Positions 10,153 through 18,959 of a stretch of 64,000 nucleotides of DNA are shown here, in pieces. The notes beneath the pieces were generated by a model. That model made no database searches. It saw only the letters and a list, made by a program, of their open reading frames with translations, and was not told the origin of the DNA. This DNA comes from Candidatus Uhrbacteria bacterium RIFOXYC2_FULL_47_19. GTDB taxonomy: Bacteria > Patescibacteriota > Patescibacteriia > SG8-24. Numbering within the stretch: position 1 is the stretch's first letter; each line of letters starts with the position of its first letter. The position numbers were made by a program, and so were the translations under genes. The DNA lies in assembly GCA_001791745.1 (NCBI GenBank), contig MGFG01000010.1:3351-67350 (forward strand), given 5' to 3'.

Positions 10153-11211
10153 ATGAGCGAACAGCTGCGTCACATTATTCCAATCTTCTCTACCATGCGC
10201 GAGGCAGCGCACACCCATTATCGCAAATCTGGTTTGATCCACGTGCCAGCTCCGCAGATCGTCGGAATTACTGGCGCTTGTGAAAATGTAGACACATTAT
10301 TTCGAGTTGGTAGTCGTGTTGGAGCTCAACTCTTCTTCTGTCAAACCGGACAATTAAACCTCGAACAGGCACTCCAGTACAATCCAGGTGTTTACACCAT
10401 TATGGTTAGTGGACGTGATGAGGAAATTGAAGACGATCGCCACTTACGTCAATTCAATCTAGCGGAAGAAGAGTTCGATTGGTCATTCGTTGGCGCTGAA
10501 GGTGAAACCTACAACGAAGAAAGGATGTACCAGGCACTACTCGAACACATCGAAACAACGGTCAAATCCATCGCCACAACAACAGTGGATCGACATGCAA
10601 CACTACTAGCTGACCGCTTTGACCGAGATGTCTCAGGTCTAGCGAATAGTTTGACCCTCCCCTTCCATCGAATCAGTTATGAGGAAGCGATTAGTCTGCT
10701 GAACAAAAATGGTTTCCCACAACTCAGCTGGGGCGCAGATTTGAAATCAGAACATGAAGCGAAGGTTGTGGAACTACTAGCTGGTGGAGAAATGCCGCGT
10801 CCAGTATTCATCATGCGTTATCCTAAAGAGATTAAATTCTTCAACATGAAGGTTTCGGAATCAGATGATCGGGTAGCAATGTCGGCTGATCTAGTCTTTC
10901 CACGTGCTGGCGAAGGTGTCGGATCGGCGGTCCGCGAACACAACGCAACCAAATTAGAGCAACGACTACTTGGATCGGAAATGTATCGGCTACACCTAGA
11001 ACGCGGTGGCAAGCTCGAAGACTTCCGCTGGTATCTTGATCTAGTAGCTTCAGGCGAAACTAAACCGCACGCTGGCTATGGCATTGGTCTAGAAAGAGTA
11101 GCCCAGTACATCCTCGATCGATCGGATATACGTGAGTGCTCGATCTTTAACCTGATGGCAATGCAGACCAAAGACTGGGTAGTGCGTCAACCTGTACCAA
11201 TGATGGCCTAA
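10153..11211 (+). CDS. class II aminoacyl-tRNA synthetase catalytic-core paralog lacking an anticodon-binding domain (AsnRS-like; probable AsnA-type aspartate-ammonia ligase)
   Basis: PVFIMRYPKEIKFFNM resembles AsnRS motif 2 and GYGIGLERVAQYIL resembles motif 3. At ~353 aa there is no N-terminal OB-fold domain. Start chosen at MSEQLRH; the ORF-track M is 7 codons upstream. Confidence 0.55.
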   Translation: MSEQLRHIIPIFSTMREAAHTHYRKSGLIHVPAPQIVGITGACENVDTLFRVGSRVGAQLFFCQTGQLNLEQALQYNPGVYTIMVSGRDEEIEDDRHLRQFNLAEEEFDWSFVGAEGETYNEERMYQALLEHIETTVKSIATTTVDRHATLLADRFDRDVSGLANSLTLPFHRISYEEAISLLNKNGFPQLSWGADLKSEHEAKVVELLAGGEMPRPVFIMRYPKEIKFFNMKVSESDDRVAMSADLVFPRAGEGVGSAVREHNATKLEQRLLGSEMYRLHLERGGKLEDFRWYLDLVASGETKPHAGYGIGLERVAQYILDRSDIRECSIFNLMAMQTKDWVVRQPVPMMA

Positions 11212-11238
11212 GGTTTAATCAATCAAAAAGGATAGTAT

Positions 11239-11280
11239 GAAAATACGGAGTCGAATATTCGTTCGACTCCGTATTTATAT
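11239..11280. terminator. bidirectional intrinsic terminator between convergent genes (ATACGGAGTCGAA-TATTC-TTCGACTCCGTAT flanked by A/T runs)
   Basis: 13-bp stem, A-run upstream and T-run downstream. Confidence 0.6.
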
Positions 11281-11304
11281 TGATTGAAATAATTTAACGT
11301 CGCA

Positions 11305-12531
11305 TTAGATCTTCTGACTTAAAACTCTCCTGTAAACTCCCATAATATTCTGATAGTGCTGTTCTGGCGAATAATTACGCTCAGCAACCTGACGTGCCGA
11401 ACGACCCATTCTCTCGCTGGACTTAGGGTCAGCCCATAATTTAGCCATGGCCTCAGCCAACCCAATAACATCACCGGATTGAACCAATTGACCAGTCTTT
11501 CCACTTTCAACAATTTCACTTAAACCACCCATTTGCGAAGCAATGACTGGCTTACCAGCAGCATAAGCCTCAAGTGCAGTAAGTCCAAAAGTCTCATGAC
11601 ACAACGATGGTATAACCACAAAACGGGCATTGGTGTACTCACGACGCAACTGCTCACCAACTTGATAACCGACGAAAGTTACATTGCGCAGTTTTAGTTC
11701 ATTGGCGAGATGTCGTAACCGTTCACCATCCGACCCAACACCAACGACACGAATCGGCAAATCGCCAACCATTGCAGCTGCCCGAATCAATGTTTCAACT
11801 CCCTTTTCTGATGACAACCGTCCAACATACAACGCATAATCACCCTCATAGCTCGGCTGCCAAGAAGACACATTAATAAAGTGAGGTATCTGAACAATTT
11901 TCTTGTGGTCGATACCATAATCCTTAAGCGTGGCGGCAACAAAAGCACTCGGAGCAATAACTACATCGATATTGTCGCGCCATAAACCCAATAGTCGGTG
12001 CAAACTCATCTCCGCAGCGCAAACCGCACTTGCAACCATCGAACCTCGCACGCAACGATGCTTGACCGCCTCCCAATAATGATCGGGTCTAGTATGTCTA
12101 CAAACCTGACCATCATGAAACAGGCTATAGTTCGGTGCAATTAGTTTGTAGTCATGTGCGGTCATCACTACCGGAATCCCCCGCCGCCGAGCAACTGGCA
12201 AAATGGACGGTGAAATCTGATGATAAATATTTTGAATGTGAACTAAGTCGGGCAAAGATTCACGAAGTAACGCCCCAAACTTATGCTTGGCCTCGAACGA
12301 ATACATATACCGACCGACTGTACGCAATCCCTGCCACGACATGGCCGATGCATCGCTTCGAACCGAACTAACAAACCAGCGATCCCATCCAGTTGATTCA
12401 TTCCGCCCGTCCTTCATAGCAAACGGAACTACTTCATGTCGGTGTTCAATCAAAAGATTGCGCAGATCAAACATATAGCGCTCAGCCCCACCCTTCAGAA
12501 AAAAATACTTGTTAGCAAAAATTATCTTCAT
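11305..12531 (-). CDS. glycosyltransferase family 4
   Basis: MKIIFANKYFFLKGGAERYMFDL at the N-terminus and HETFGLTALEAYAAGKPVIAS in the GT4 C-terminal domain. Confidence 0.7.
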   Translation of the reverse strand: MKIIFANKYFFLKGGAERYMFDLRNLLIEHRHEVVPFAMKDGRNESTGWDRWFVSSVRSDASAMSWQGLRTVGRYMYSFEAKHKFGALLRESLPDLVHIQNIYHQISPSILPVARRRGIPVVMTAHDYKLIAPNYSLFHDGQVCRHTRPDHYWEAVKHRCVRGSMVASAVCAAEMSLHRLLGLWRDNIDVVIAPSAFVAATLKDYGIDHKKIVQIPHFINVSSWQPSYEGDYALYVGRLSSEKGVETLIRAAAMVGDLPIRVVGVGSDGERLRHLANELKLRNVTFVGYQVGEQLRREYTNARFVVIPSLCHETFGLTALEAYAAGKPVIASQMGGLSEIVESGKTGQLVQSGDVIGLAEAMAKLWADPKSSERMGRSARQVAERNYSPEQHYQNIMGVYRRVLSQKI

Positions 12532-12553
12532 CTCGAATCACGAATGAGTCGAA

Positions 12554-14089
12554 TCATTTTAGGACACCCTCTTTTTTAGCTAAAACGTAAACACAGGCAG
12601 CAAAAAGCCATAAATACAACGCCAACGTGCGAACCTCGAGATAGGTCCCCAAAGCGGCTTGTAGAGTAATCGCCGCTAAGCCACCAACCAGCCCCAAGGC
12701 CAAACCCTTTAATAATGGGTCCCTAGATCGACACCAAACCCGCCAAGACATAATGGCTAACGCAATAAAAATCCAAACATAAAACACCAAACCGAGTGTT
12801 CCAATTTCACCCCACAGCGAAAACCAATTATTATCGATATATCCATCAGTGCCGTAGACACCGAACGGTAAGTTCAGTTCCTGATAGACGCGCACATTTC
12901 CCAAGGCTGCAGCTGCCCCACCACCGTACTGCCCAGGCCCAACACCAAAGATTGGTGAAGAAGGAACTACTGTCGTCACTGTTTGCACCAACCAATACAG
13001 TCGCCCCATGCCGTAATACTCGCCACGCCAACGCTCGTAGGAGAAGGCTTCAAACAAACGCTCGACTGCAGTCTGTTCGGGATAGTCGGTCAGATAACGT
13101 ACGGCCAGACCGGACCAAGCTAAGTAGCCAACCGCCAATACAATCATTGCTAGATAAGCAAGTCGAACTCGACGATCGCGCATTAACCAACCACCAATGA
13201 TTAGTAGTCCCAAAGCAAAACCAAACCAAGAGGCACGTGACATAGTTAGGAGCAGGGCCGGTAAAATCACAGCTAGCACAAAAATTAATCGACTACGCGT
13301 TAATCGACTACGAAGCGAGTACCATAATCCTACAGCTAGCAAACCAAAGAACGACAAGAACGTACCCAATTGATCGTATCGACCCATGGTCGCAAAAATT
13401 CTAGTACCTGGAGACCACGTCTGTTCGGTGCCACTCGTCAATTGAATACTCTCATAAAAGCGTTGCTCGCTAGGAATGAGTATTTCATCAAGTGGAGCAC
13501 CGACAAACGACTGAACGATACCCAATACCGATTCGAAAACCACTACCCCAAACATGGCCAAAACCAACCGGCGAACAAACCTACGCTCTGGTTCCAAATA
13601 AACCACAGCAAAGAACATCAACATGAACCGAATAATCTGTCGCAAACCTAACAATCCACTGAACCATGGAACCGCATTCAACACCAACGAAGTCAGTGCG
13701 ACTATCAAAAAGAAAACAAACGGTAGATCGATTGGTGTCGAAGTCAGCTCACGACGGCGCGATAGCACCTTAAGTACAGCAACAGCAACTAAGCCATAAA
13801 TCAATATCTCTGGCAGATAGCGAGCAAAGATATAGAGCTCATCAGGCACAAATTTAAGCAAGAACGGTTCGAATGGAGTGTAGATGGCCAGGGCCAGAAC
13901 CATGGTCTCGGGACGAAACAAAAGCAACCAAGCAATCATTAGCCCAGCAATCACACCCAACATCTTCCAAGGACCCAAAAACAAAACCGAAACTATGGTC
14001 AATGAAGTGACCAGAGCGAACAGAACAGCCAAACGACGATCGCCGGACGACCTAAATAGATTGGGGATCGATTCGAGTAAACTTTTCAT
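12554..14089 (-). CDS. O-antigen ligase/polymerase-like polytopic membrane protein (Wzy_C family)
   Basis: About 12 predicted TM helices. The LLTMSRASWFGFALGLLII stretch is typical of the O-antigen ligase loop region. Confidence 0.55.
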   Translation of the reverse strand: MKSLLESIPNLFRSSGDRRLAVLFALVTSLTIVSVLFLGPWKMLGVIAGLMIAWLLLFRPETMVLALAIYTPFEPFLLKFVPDELYIFARYLPEILIYGLVAVAVLKVLSRRRELTSTPIDLPFVFFLIVALTSLVLNAVPWFSGLLGLRQIIRFMLMFFAVVYLEPERRFVRRLVLAMFGVVVFESVLGIVQSFVGAPLDEILIPSEQRFYESIQLTSGTEQTWSPGTRIFATMGRYDQLGTFLSFFGLLAVGLWYSLRSRLTRSRLIFVLAVILPALLLTMSRASWFGFALGLLIIGGWLMRDRRVRLAYLAMIVLAVGYLAWSGLAVRYLTDYPEQTAVERLFEAFSYERWRGEYYGMGRLYWLVQTVTTVVPSSPIFGVGPGQYGGGAAAALGNVRVYQELNLPFGVYGTDGYIDNNWFSLWGEIGTLGLVFYVWIFIALAIMSWRVWCRSRDPLLKGLALGLVGGLAAITLQAALGTYLEVRTLALYLWLFAACVYVLAKKEGVLK

Positions 14090-14149
14090 AGCTGGGATGA
14101 TTGTATCATTTTTCCTCGGTGGATGCTGCTTTACTTGCGGTTCGGGGAT

Positions 14150-15165
14150 GACAAATAGAGTATCATCGTCCCAGACTCCGAGCCGGGGGCTAGGATGGAA
14201 TTCTTCAACAGTGGAAGCTCCTCTCCCCCGGGAACCCCGGCTCCGCTCCGCAGGGGACGGGGCTCACGCCCCGGACTCCCTTTCTTTAACCTAGAGGAGT
14301 TCCTCTCCCCCAGGACCCCCGGCCCGGTTTCTCTGTCCCGTTAGAGAAATGAGGGAAAGAGAGCGGCCGCCCTAACTCCCACTATGTGTGGGACCTTATG
14401 TCCTCGGGCCGGACGGGCCTCCGGCGCATACCGTCGCGGCACGGGATGACATATTAAAGCACTGTCGTCCCGAAACTGCGAACTGAACATTATTCCTCCT
14501 GTCGTCCCGGAACTGCGAACTGAACATTATTCCTTTTGTCGTCCCGGAACTGCGAGTGTAGCGAGCAGTATCCGGGACCCAGGAGTAAAGAGATTGGAAT
14601 TAGCTTCTGGATCCCGGATAGACCTCGCCTTGCTCGGTCTTCCGGGATGACAAACTATTAAGAGTTGCATTTCCGGGATGACAAATTAAAAAGGCTCGAG
14701 GTTTCAAGATGACATATTAAAAAGTAAGGATGACAAATACATAAGAAGAATTGAGATAACAAAAAACACTGTCGTCCCGGACCGAAACCCGGGACCCAGG
14801 ATGTTTCTCTTCAGCTAATGTCGTCCCGGAAGGAGCGCAGCGACTATCCGGGACCCAGGAGTAAAGAGATTGGGATTAGCTTCTGGATCCCGGATAGACC
14901 TCGCCTTGCTCGGCCTTCCGGGATGACAAATTAAAATACTGTCGTCCCGGAACTGCGAGTGTAGCGAGCAGTATCCGGGACCCAGGAGTAAAGAGATTGG
15001 GATTAGCTTCTGGATCCCGGATAATTGCTAACGCAATTTCCGGGATGACAAACTATTAAGAGTTGCATTTCCGGGATGACAAACTATTAAGAGTTGCATT
15101 TCCGGGATGACAAACTATTAAGAGTTGCATTTCCGGGATGACAAAGATTTTCTAAAAATCAAGAT
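14150..15165. repeat. large composite cluster of the MITE-like repeat family incl. tandem arrays
   Basis: Contents: multiple TGTCGTCCCGG / CCGGGATGACA / CTGGATCCCGGATA modules; a 35-bp unit x2 (~14463-14540); a 32-bp unit TTTCCGGGATGACAAACTATTAAGAGTTGCAT x3.5 (15037-15150). Segment ~14443-14805 is ~90% identical to 22528-22813. Confidence 0.85.
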
Positions 15166-15313
15166 TTGACCCCAAAAACAAAACCCCCGCGGTACCAAGC
15201 GGCAACGCGGGAGTTAAAGTATGTTTTCGGATTTGGCCCCGAAGGTGGGGCCTAGAAAAGAACTAGTAGGGCGCGGCAGGCTGCCGTGCCCTTGGTCAGG
15301 TGGGTTGGGGGGG

Positions 15314-16087
15314 CTAGTCGAGGTTACCAGCCGGGATGACTGGACCGTCCTCCGAGTCGGTAGTGACTCGGATGGAACAACCATCCTCCTGGCAGTAAAT
15401 GTAGGCCCGATCGGCCTCACACATGACTGCCAGCTGTTCCTCCCCTCCGTACTGAGCCCAACCGTCACGGGCGGGATTTGCTCTACCACAGTCATATCGA
15501 CCGCGGTAGGAGAACCGATAGGACACTCCCTCTACAAGATGAGGGTGACCATCGGTCTCGAGCCAACCGTCGGCATTGGAGTCGACGGCTACGGCCAAAG
15601 CATCCGACCAGGTGCCTCCGGGGAGTTCGCCGAGGATGTCGGCGCACTCGTTTCCGGAAATATACGAACTGTTAAATTCGTACTCTCCGTCGGAGTTCAC
15701 CCGGAACGGACCGGGGACGCAGTCCCCGTCCGCGTCGCACTCGGCGCCGAAGCCGTCGCCGTCCAGGTCGGCCTGGTCCGGGTTGGCGATCTCGGGGCAG
15801 TTGTCGGCGTCGTCGAGCACGCCGTCGCTGTCGATGTCACAGACGGTGTCACTGTCGCTATCGGCATCGGCGTCGACATCGGAGTCGGCGTCGACATCGG
15901 AGTCGGCATCGGAGTCGGCGTCGACATCCGAGTCGGCATCGGTATCCGAGTCGGCGTCGCTATCCGCGTCGCCGTCGCACTCGCCGTCGGGGCACTGCTG
16001 CTCCTCCGGCGGTTGAAGGCCGCACCCCCCGAAGAGGGCGACGACCGCCACGAACAACCACCAACCAACAAAAAGCTTCTTTGCCAT
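15314..16087 (-). CDS. lipoprotein with (D-A/S-D-S) repeats and thrombospondin type-3-like calcium-binding repeats; GC-rich
   Basis: Signal peptide with lipobox MAKKLFVGWWLFVAVVALFGGCG, preceded by a GGAGGAG RBS. Repeat DADSDADSDTDADSDVDADS, then DNCPEIANPDQADLDGDGFGAECD (TSP3-like). About 65% GC, against ~45% in surrounding genes. Confidence 0.6.
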   Translation of the reverse strand: MAKKLFVGWWLFVAVVALFGGCGLQPPEEQQCPDGECDGDADSDADSDTDADSDVDADSDADSDVDADSDVDADADSDSDTVCDIDSDGVLDDADNCPEIANPDQADLDGDGFGAECDADGDCVPGPFRVNSDGEYEFNSSYISGNECADILGELPGGTWSDALAVAVDSNADGWLETDGHPHLVEGVSYRFSYRGRYDCGRANPARDGWAQYGGEEQLAVMCEADRAYIYCQEDGCSIRVTTDSEDGPVIPAGNLD

Positions 16088-16245
16088 TTCTCTACTCCTC
16101 CAGGGCCGCCCCGTCCTCATTTTACGAGGCGGCCCCAAGCTGTTTCTGTCACACGGCCTTTAACCCAGCCACGGGCCGGACTTACGTCCGGGGTTTGGTT
16201 CCGATTTATCCCGCTACCAAGCGAGACCAGGTTCGGAAATTAACC

Positions 16246-16362
16246 TGTTTTTTCTGGATCCCGGATCAAGTCCGGGACGACATTATTTGTCAGATCGACA
16301 TTTTTGTCAGATCGACAAACTCTGTCATCCCGGGCCGAGACCCGGGATCCAGCAACGACATT
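16246..16362. repeat. short MITE-like repeat unit between the two GC-rich genes
   Basis: CTGGATCCCGGATCAAGTCCGGGACGACA ... TTTGTCAGATCGACA x2 ... TGTCATCCCGGGCCGAGACCCGGGATCCAG. Confidence 0.7.
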
Positions 16363-16374
16363 CAACCGCTGGGT

Positions 16375-17367
16375 TTAGAACTCCCAGCGGAGGGCAATCC
16401 CGCCCTCGACCCCCACCACGGGGGAGACCTCGCCCCCGGTTATCCCGACCCCAGATGGAACGGAAACATGAATCTCCAACCACTGGGCCCGGTCAAACCG
16501 GAACGAGGCCTGCGGTGCGGCGGTTATGAACGCCGCCTCGGCGTGGAGGGACTCGTCGAGCCCCGTCCACATTCCCTGCAAGGCCAGTCCGAACCGCCAG
16601 ACCCCGTAGGATCGGCGGATGTTCCAGCCTAGCTCGCCTCGAACGAAGACTCCGAGCGGACGATCTGACCCGTCCGCCACGAGGCCTCCGTCGAGCACGA
16701 CGGAGAACCGCGGCGTGAAATTGAACTCCACGCCGCTTGCCGAGATCAGCGCCCCGGTGTACCGGAGGTCATTCGACCCCCAAAGCGCCAGGACATTGAC
16801 GCCAGGCAGCCGATAGACGATCGGCCGCCGTTCCTCTAGCTCCGTGACCCGCTCGATGAGCTCGTCGATCCGCCCGTTGGCTTCCTGCAGGTCTCCCCGC
16901 AATTCGCCGACGAGCGTCTCAATACTCCCAAGCCGGTTGTCGATGGCCACCAAAAGGGTGGCCTGACGATCGAGCTCGGTCCGAAGCTGGACGAGCTCGG
17001 TCCGGAGCTGGGTCAGCTCGCTCTCGACACGGTCGACGCGAGTGGCCAATCCACCCACGCGACCGTCGAGCTCGCTGATGCGGGTCTCGATGGTCGAGAT
17101 CCGCTCCAAGAGCCGGCGCCAGCCCTCACGGGCTTGACGTCGGGCCTCCTCGCACTGCTCCGCCGTCTCGAAACAACGGCGGATGCAGTCGCCGACCGGG
17201 CCAGTCGGCAGAATCATTGTCGAAGTCACGGGGACCACGTCCCCGGACATCTGTCCGTCCTGACCGCGAGCCTCGACGGCCACGGTCAGCGCCATGGCGG
17301 CAACGGCCGCCGTCAGGAACTTTTTCATCTCCTCACTCCTTCCGACCCTCCTCAGGGCCGGTTTCAA
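16375..17367 (-). CDS. secreted coiled-coil protein with C-terminal putative beta-barrel ending in ...RWEF; GC-rich
   Basis: Signal peptide MKKFLTAAVAAMALTVAVEA behind an AGGAG RBS. A long heptad coiled coil (ELTQLRTELVQLRTELDRQ). The C-terminal ~150 aa show alternating hydrophobic residues and end in a terminal Phe, as outer-membrane beta-barrel proteins do. Confidence 0.5.
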   Translation of the reverse strand: MKPALRRVGRSEEMKKFLTAAVAAMALTVAVEARGQDGQMSGDVVPVTSTMILPTGPVGDCIRRCFETAEQCEEARRQAREGWRRLLERISTIETRISELDGRVGGLATRVDRVESELTQLRTELVQLRTELDRQATLLVAIDNRLGSIETLVGELRGDLQEANGRIDELIERVTELEERRPIVYRLPGVNVLALWGSNDLRYTGALISASGVEFNFTPRFSVVLDGGLVADGSDRPLGVFVRGELGWNIRRSYGVWRFGLALQGMWTGLDESLHAEAAFITAAPQASFRFDRAQWLEIHVSVPSGVGITGGEVSPVVGVEGGIALRWEF

Positions 17368-17664
17368 TTTTCAAAAATCTTGGACTCACGGGAACCATCC
17401 CATGAAGCCCTCAAATCGCCGGACGGTTTCGGACGGGGACAAGGAGGAGGTATCTCCGTCCTAGTCCACCCGGCGATTTCGGGACTCCATCAGCCCTACT
17501 TTAAAATCTTAAAAGCTAGACCTTTCCCAGCTTCACGACGGGTCAACTTAACATAAAATTGAAGTTTTGTCAAGGGTAAGGATGGAATAAGCCCAAAACA
17601 GCCGTCCAACAAGGCTGGACAGAAAAATGGGGGTCAAATCTTGACTTTTAGCCTTTATGAGATT

Positions 17665-18140
17665 TTTCCTGGGTCCCGGGTCTCGGCCCGGGACAACATT
17701 ATTTTATTTGTCATTCTTACTTTTTCTATTTGTCATCCCGGAGATGCAACCCTTAATAGTTTGTCATCCCGGAATCGTGAGCGAGCGTAGCGAGTCGAAC
17801 GATATCCGGGATCCAGAATCCGATCGGTTTTGCTTCTGGGTCCCGGATCAAGGTCGAGCCGCAGGGGAGGCCTGAACTGCTTCAGACCGACACGGCGAGA
17901 CCGGCGAGGCGATGTCCGTAGACCGAGGACCGCCGAGTCGCCGGGACGACATTATCTCGCTTGTTATTCTTACTTTCTTCTCTATTTGTCATCCCTGAAC
18001 CATTTTCTTTCTTAGTTTGTCATCCCGGAATCGTGAGCGAGCGTAGCGAGTCGAACGATATCCGGGATCCAGAATCCGATCTTTTTTACTTCTGGGTCCC
18101 AGATAGCCGCTGTCGCGACTTCCGGGACGACAAAAAATCC
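17665..18140. repeat. MITE-like repeat cluster with two ~70-bp near-identical copies
   Basis: GTTTGTCATCCCGGAATCGTGAGCGAGCGTAGCGAGTCGAACGATATCCGGGATCCAGAATCCGATC occurs at ~17757-17825 and ~18017-18083. GGGTCCCGGGTCTCGGCCCGGGAC at 17672. A GC-rich spacer sits between the copies. Confidence 0.8.
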
Positions 18141-18206
18141 TAAACAAAAAAACGCATCTCTATAACAGAAACGCGTTTCTTAAAACTCAAACCTAAAAAA
18201 TCCAAA

Positions 18207-18869
18207 CTACTCGAACATTCTCCGACGTTGCGGTGCAGCTGCCAAGACATAGCCCGACCCGGCGATGAAACCAAGCACCAAACCAGCTAGTGCATTAGCC
18301 GGAATGTTAGGCTTAACCGGCCAACGGGAGACGAGTGGCGAATCAACCTGACGCACCTCCAAGTCGCCACCACCAACATACTTATAACCCTCGGTCGTGA
18401 GCACAAAAGCGATGGCTTGAGACAACTGCTCAGCTTGTTCAGGATCGATATGATAAACAGTCACGTCGAGCATACCCGAACCACGTACCACCTGAGTAGC
18501 GATGGTCTCACGCCACAATGCCCGCCGCTTACGTTCGTCCTGTCCAAAAATCGACTCATCAACATTAAACTGAGCGGCCATGACCTTGTCATAAAACGAG
18601 GTCGTGTAGAGTATCTGTGCCAAGTTGTCAGAGATGCGCTCCGAAGCCTTAATGGCTGTATACGGATCGACGGTCGATAATTGCTTCTGCAAAATCAACA
18701 GACGCATCGATGAACTGTAGCGCAGCGGAAAGGCGAAACTGACAACGGTCGCAAAAATGGCCGCTAATACCGCAAATAATGCGATCTTCTTCCAGCCGCG
18801 CTGCAACAATCTCGAATAGCTTATTTCCGACATAGATTGAATTTGCGAGTTAACCGCGGAGGATAGCAC
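18207..18869 (-). CDS. Wzz/polysaccharide chain-length-determinant-like protein (PCP family, 2 TM)
   Basis: N-terminal TM (IALFAVLAAIFATVVSFAF), a ~140-aa extracytoplasmic domain, then a C-terminal TM (ALAGLVLGFIAGSGYVLAA). Alternative start at MSEISYS (18833). Confidence 0.5.
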   Translation of the reverse strand: MLSSAVNSQIQSMSEISYSRLLQRGWKKIALFAVLAAIFATVVSFAFPLRYSSSMRLLILQKQLSTVDPYTAIKASERISDNLAQILYTTSFYDKVMAAQFNVDESIFGQDERKRRALWRETIATQVVRGSGMLDVTVYHIDPEQAEQLSQAIAFVLTTEGYKYVGGGDLEVRQVDSPLVSRWPVKPNIPANALAGLVLGFIAGSGYVLAAAPQRRRMFE

Positions 18870-18959
18870 AGAAACACTATTCCGTCAATCCTACGTGGGC
18901 CTTTTGAATGTTCAAACAATTGGAATTCAGTCCAAAGCGAACCCAAACTTCACCATAAT

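Noticed and set aside
14150-15165. Possible CRISPR array in the dense direct-repeat regions (also 23640-24010 and 27365-27800)
   Set aside because: The sequences between repeat copies are themselves repeated. Repeat lengths are heterogeneous (31-35, ~70, ~175 bp). The arrays are built from inverted-repeat modules shared with dispersed elements. There are no unique spacers and no cas genes.
15221-16243. 340-aa plus-strand ORF and other ORFs (15576..16016, 15697..16071, 15478..15675) in the GC-rich island
   Set aside because: They are antisense to, or overlap, the lipoprotein gene, which has an RBS, signal peptide and lipobox. At ~65% GC, stop codons are rare in all frames, and the products are low-complexity.
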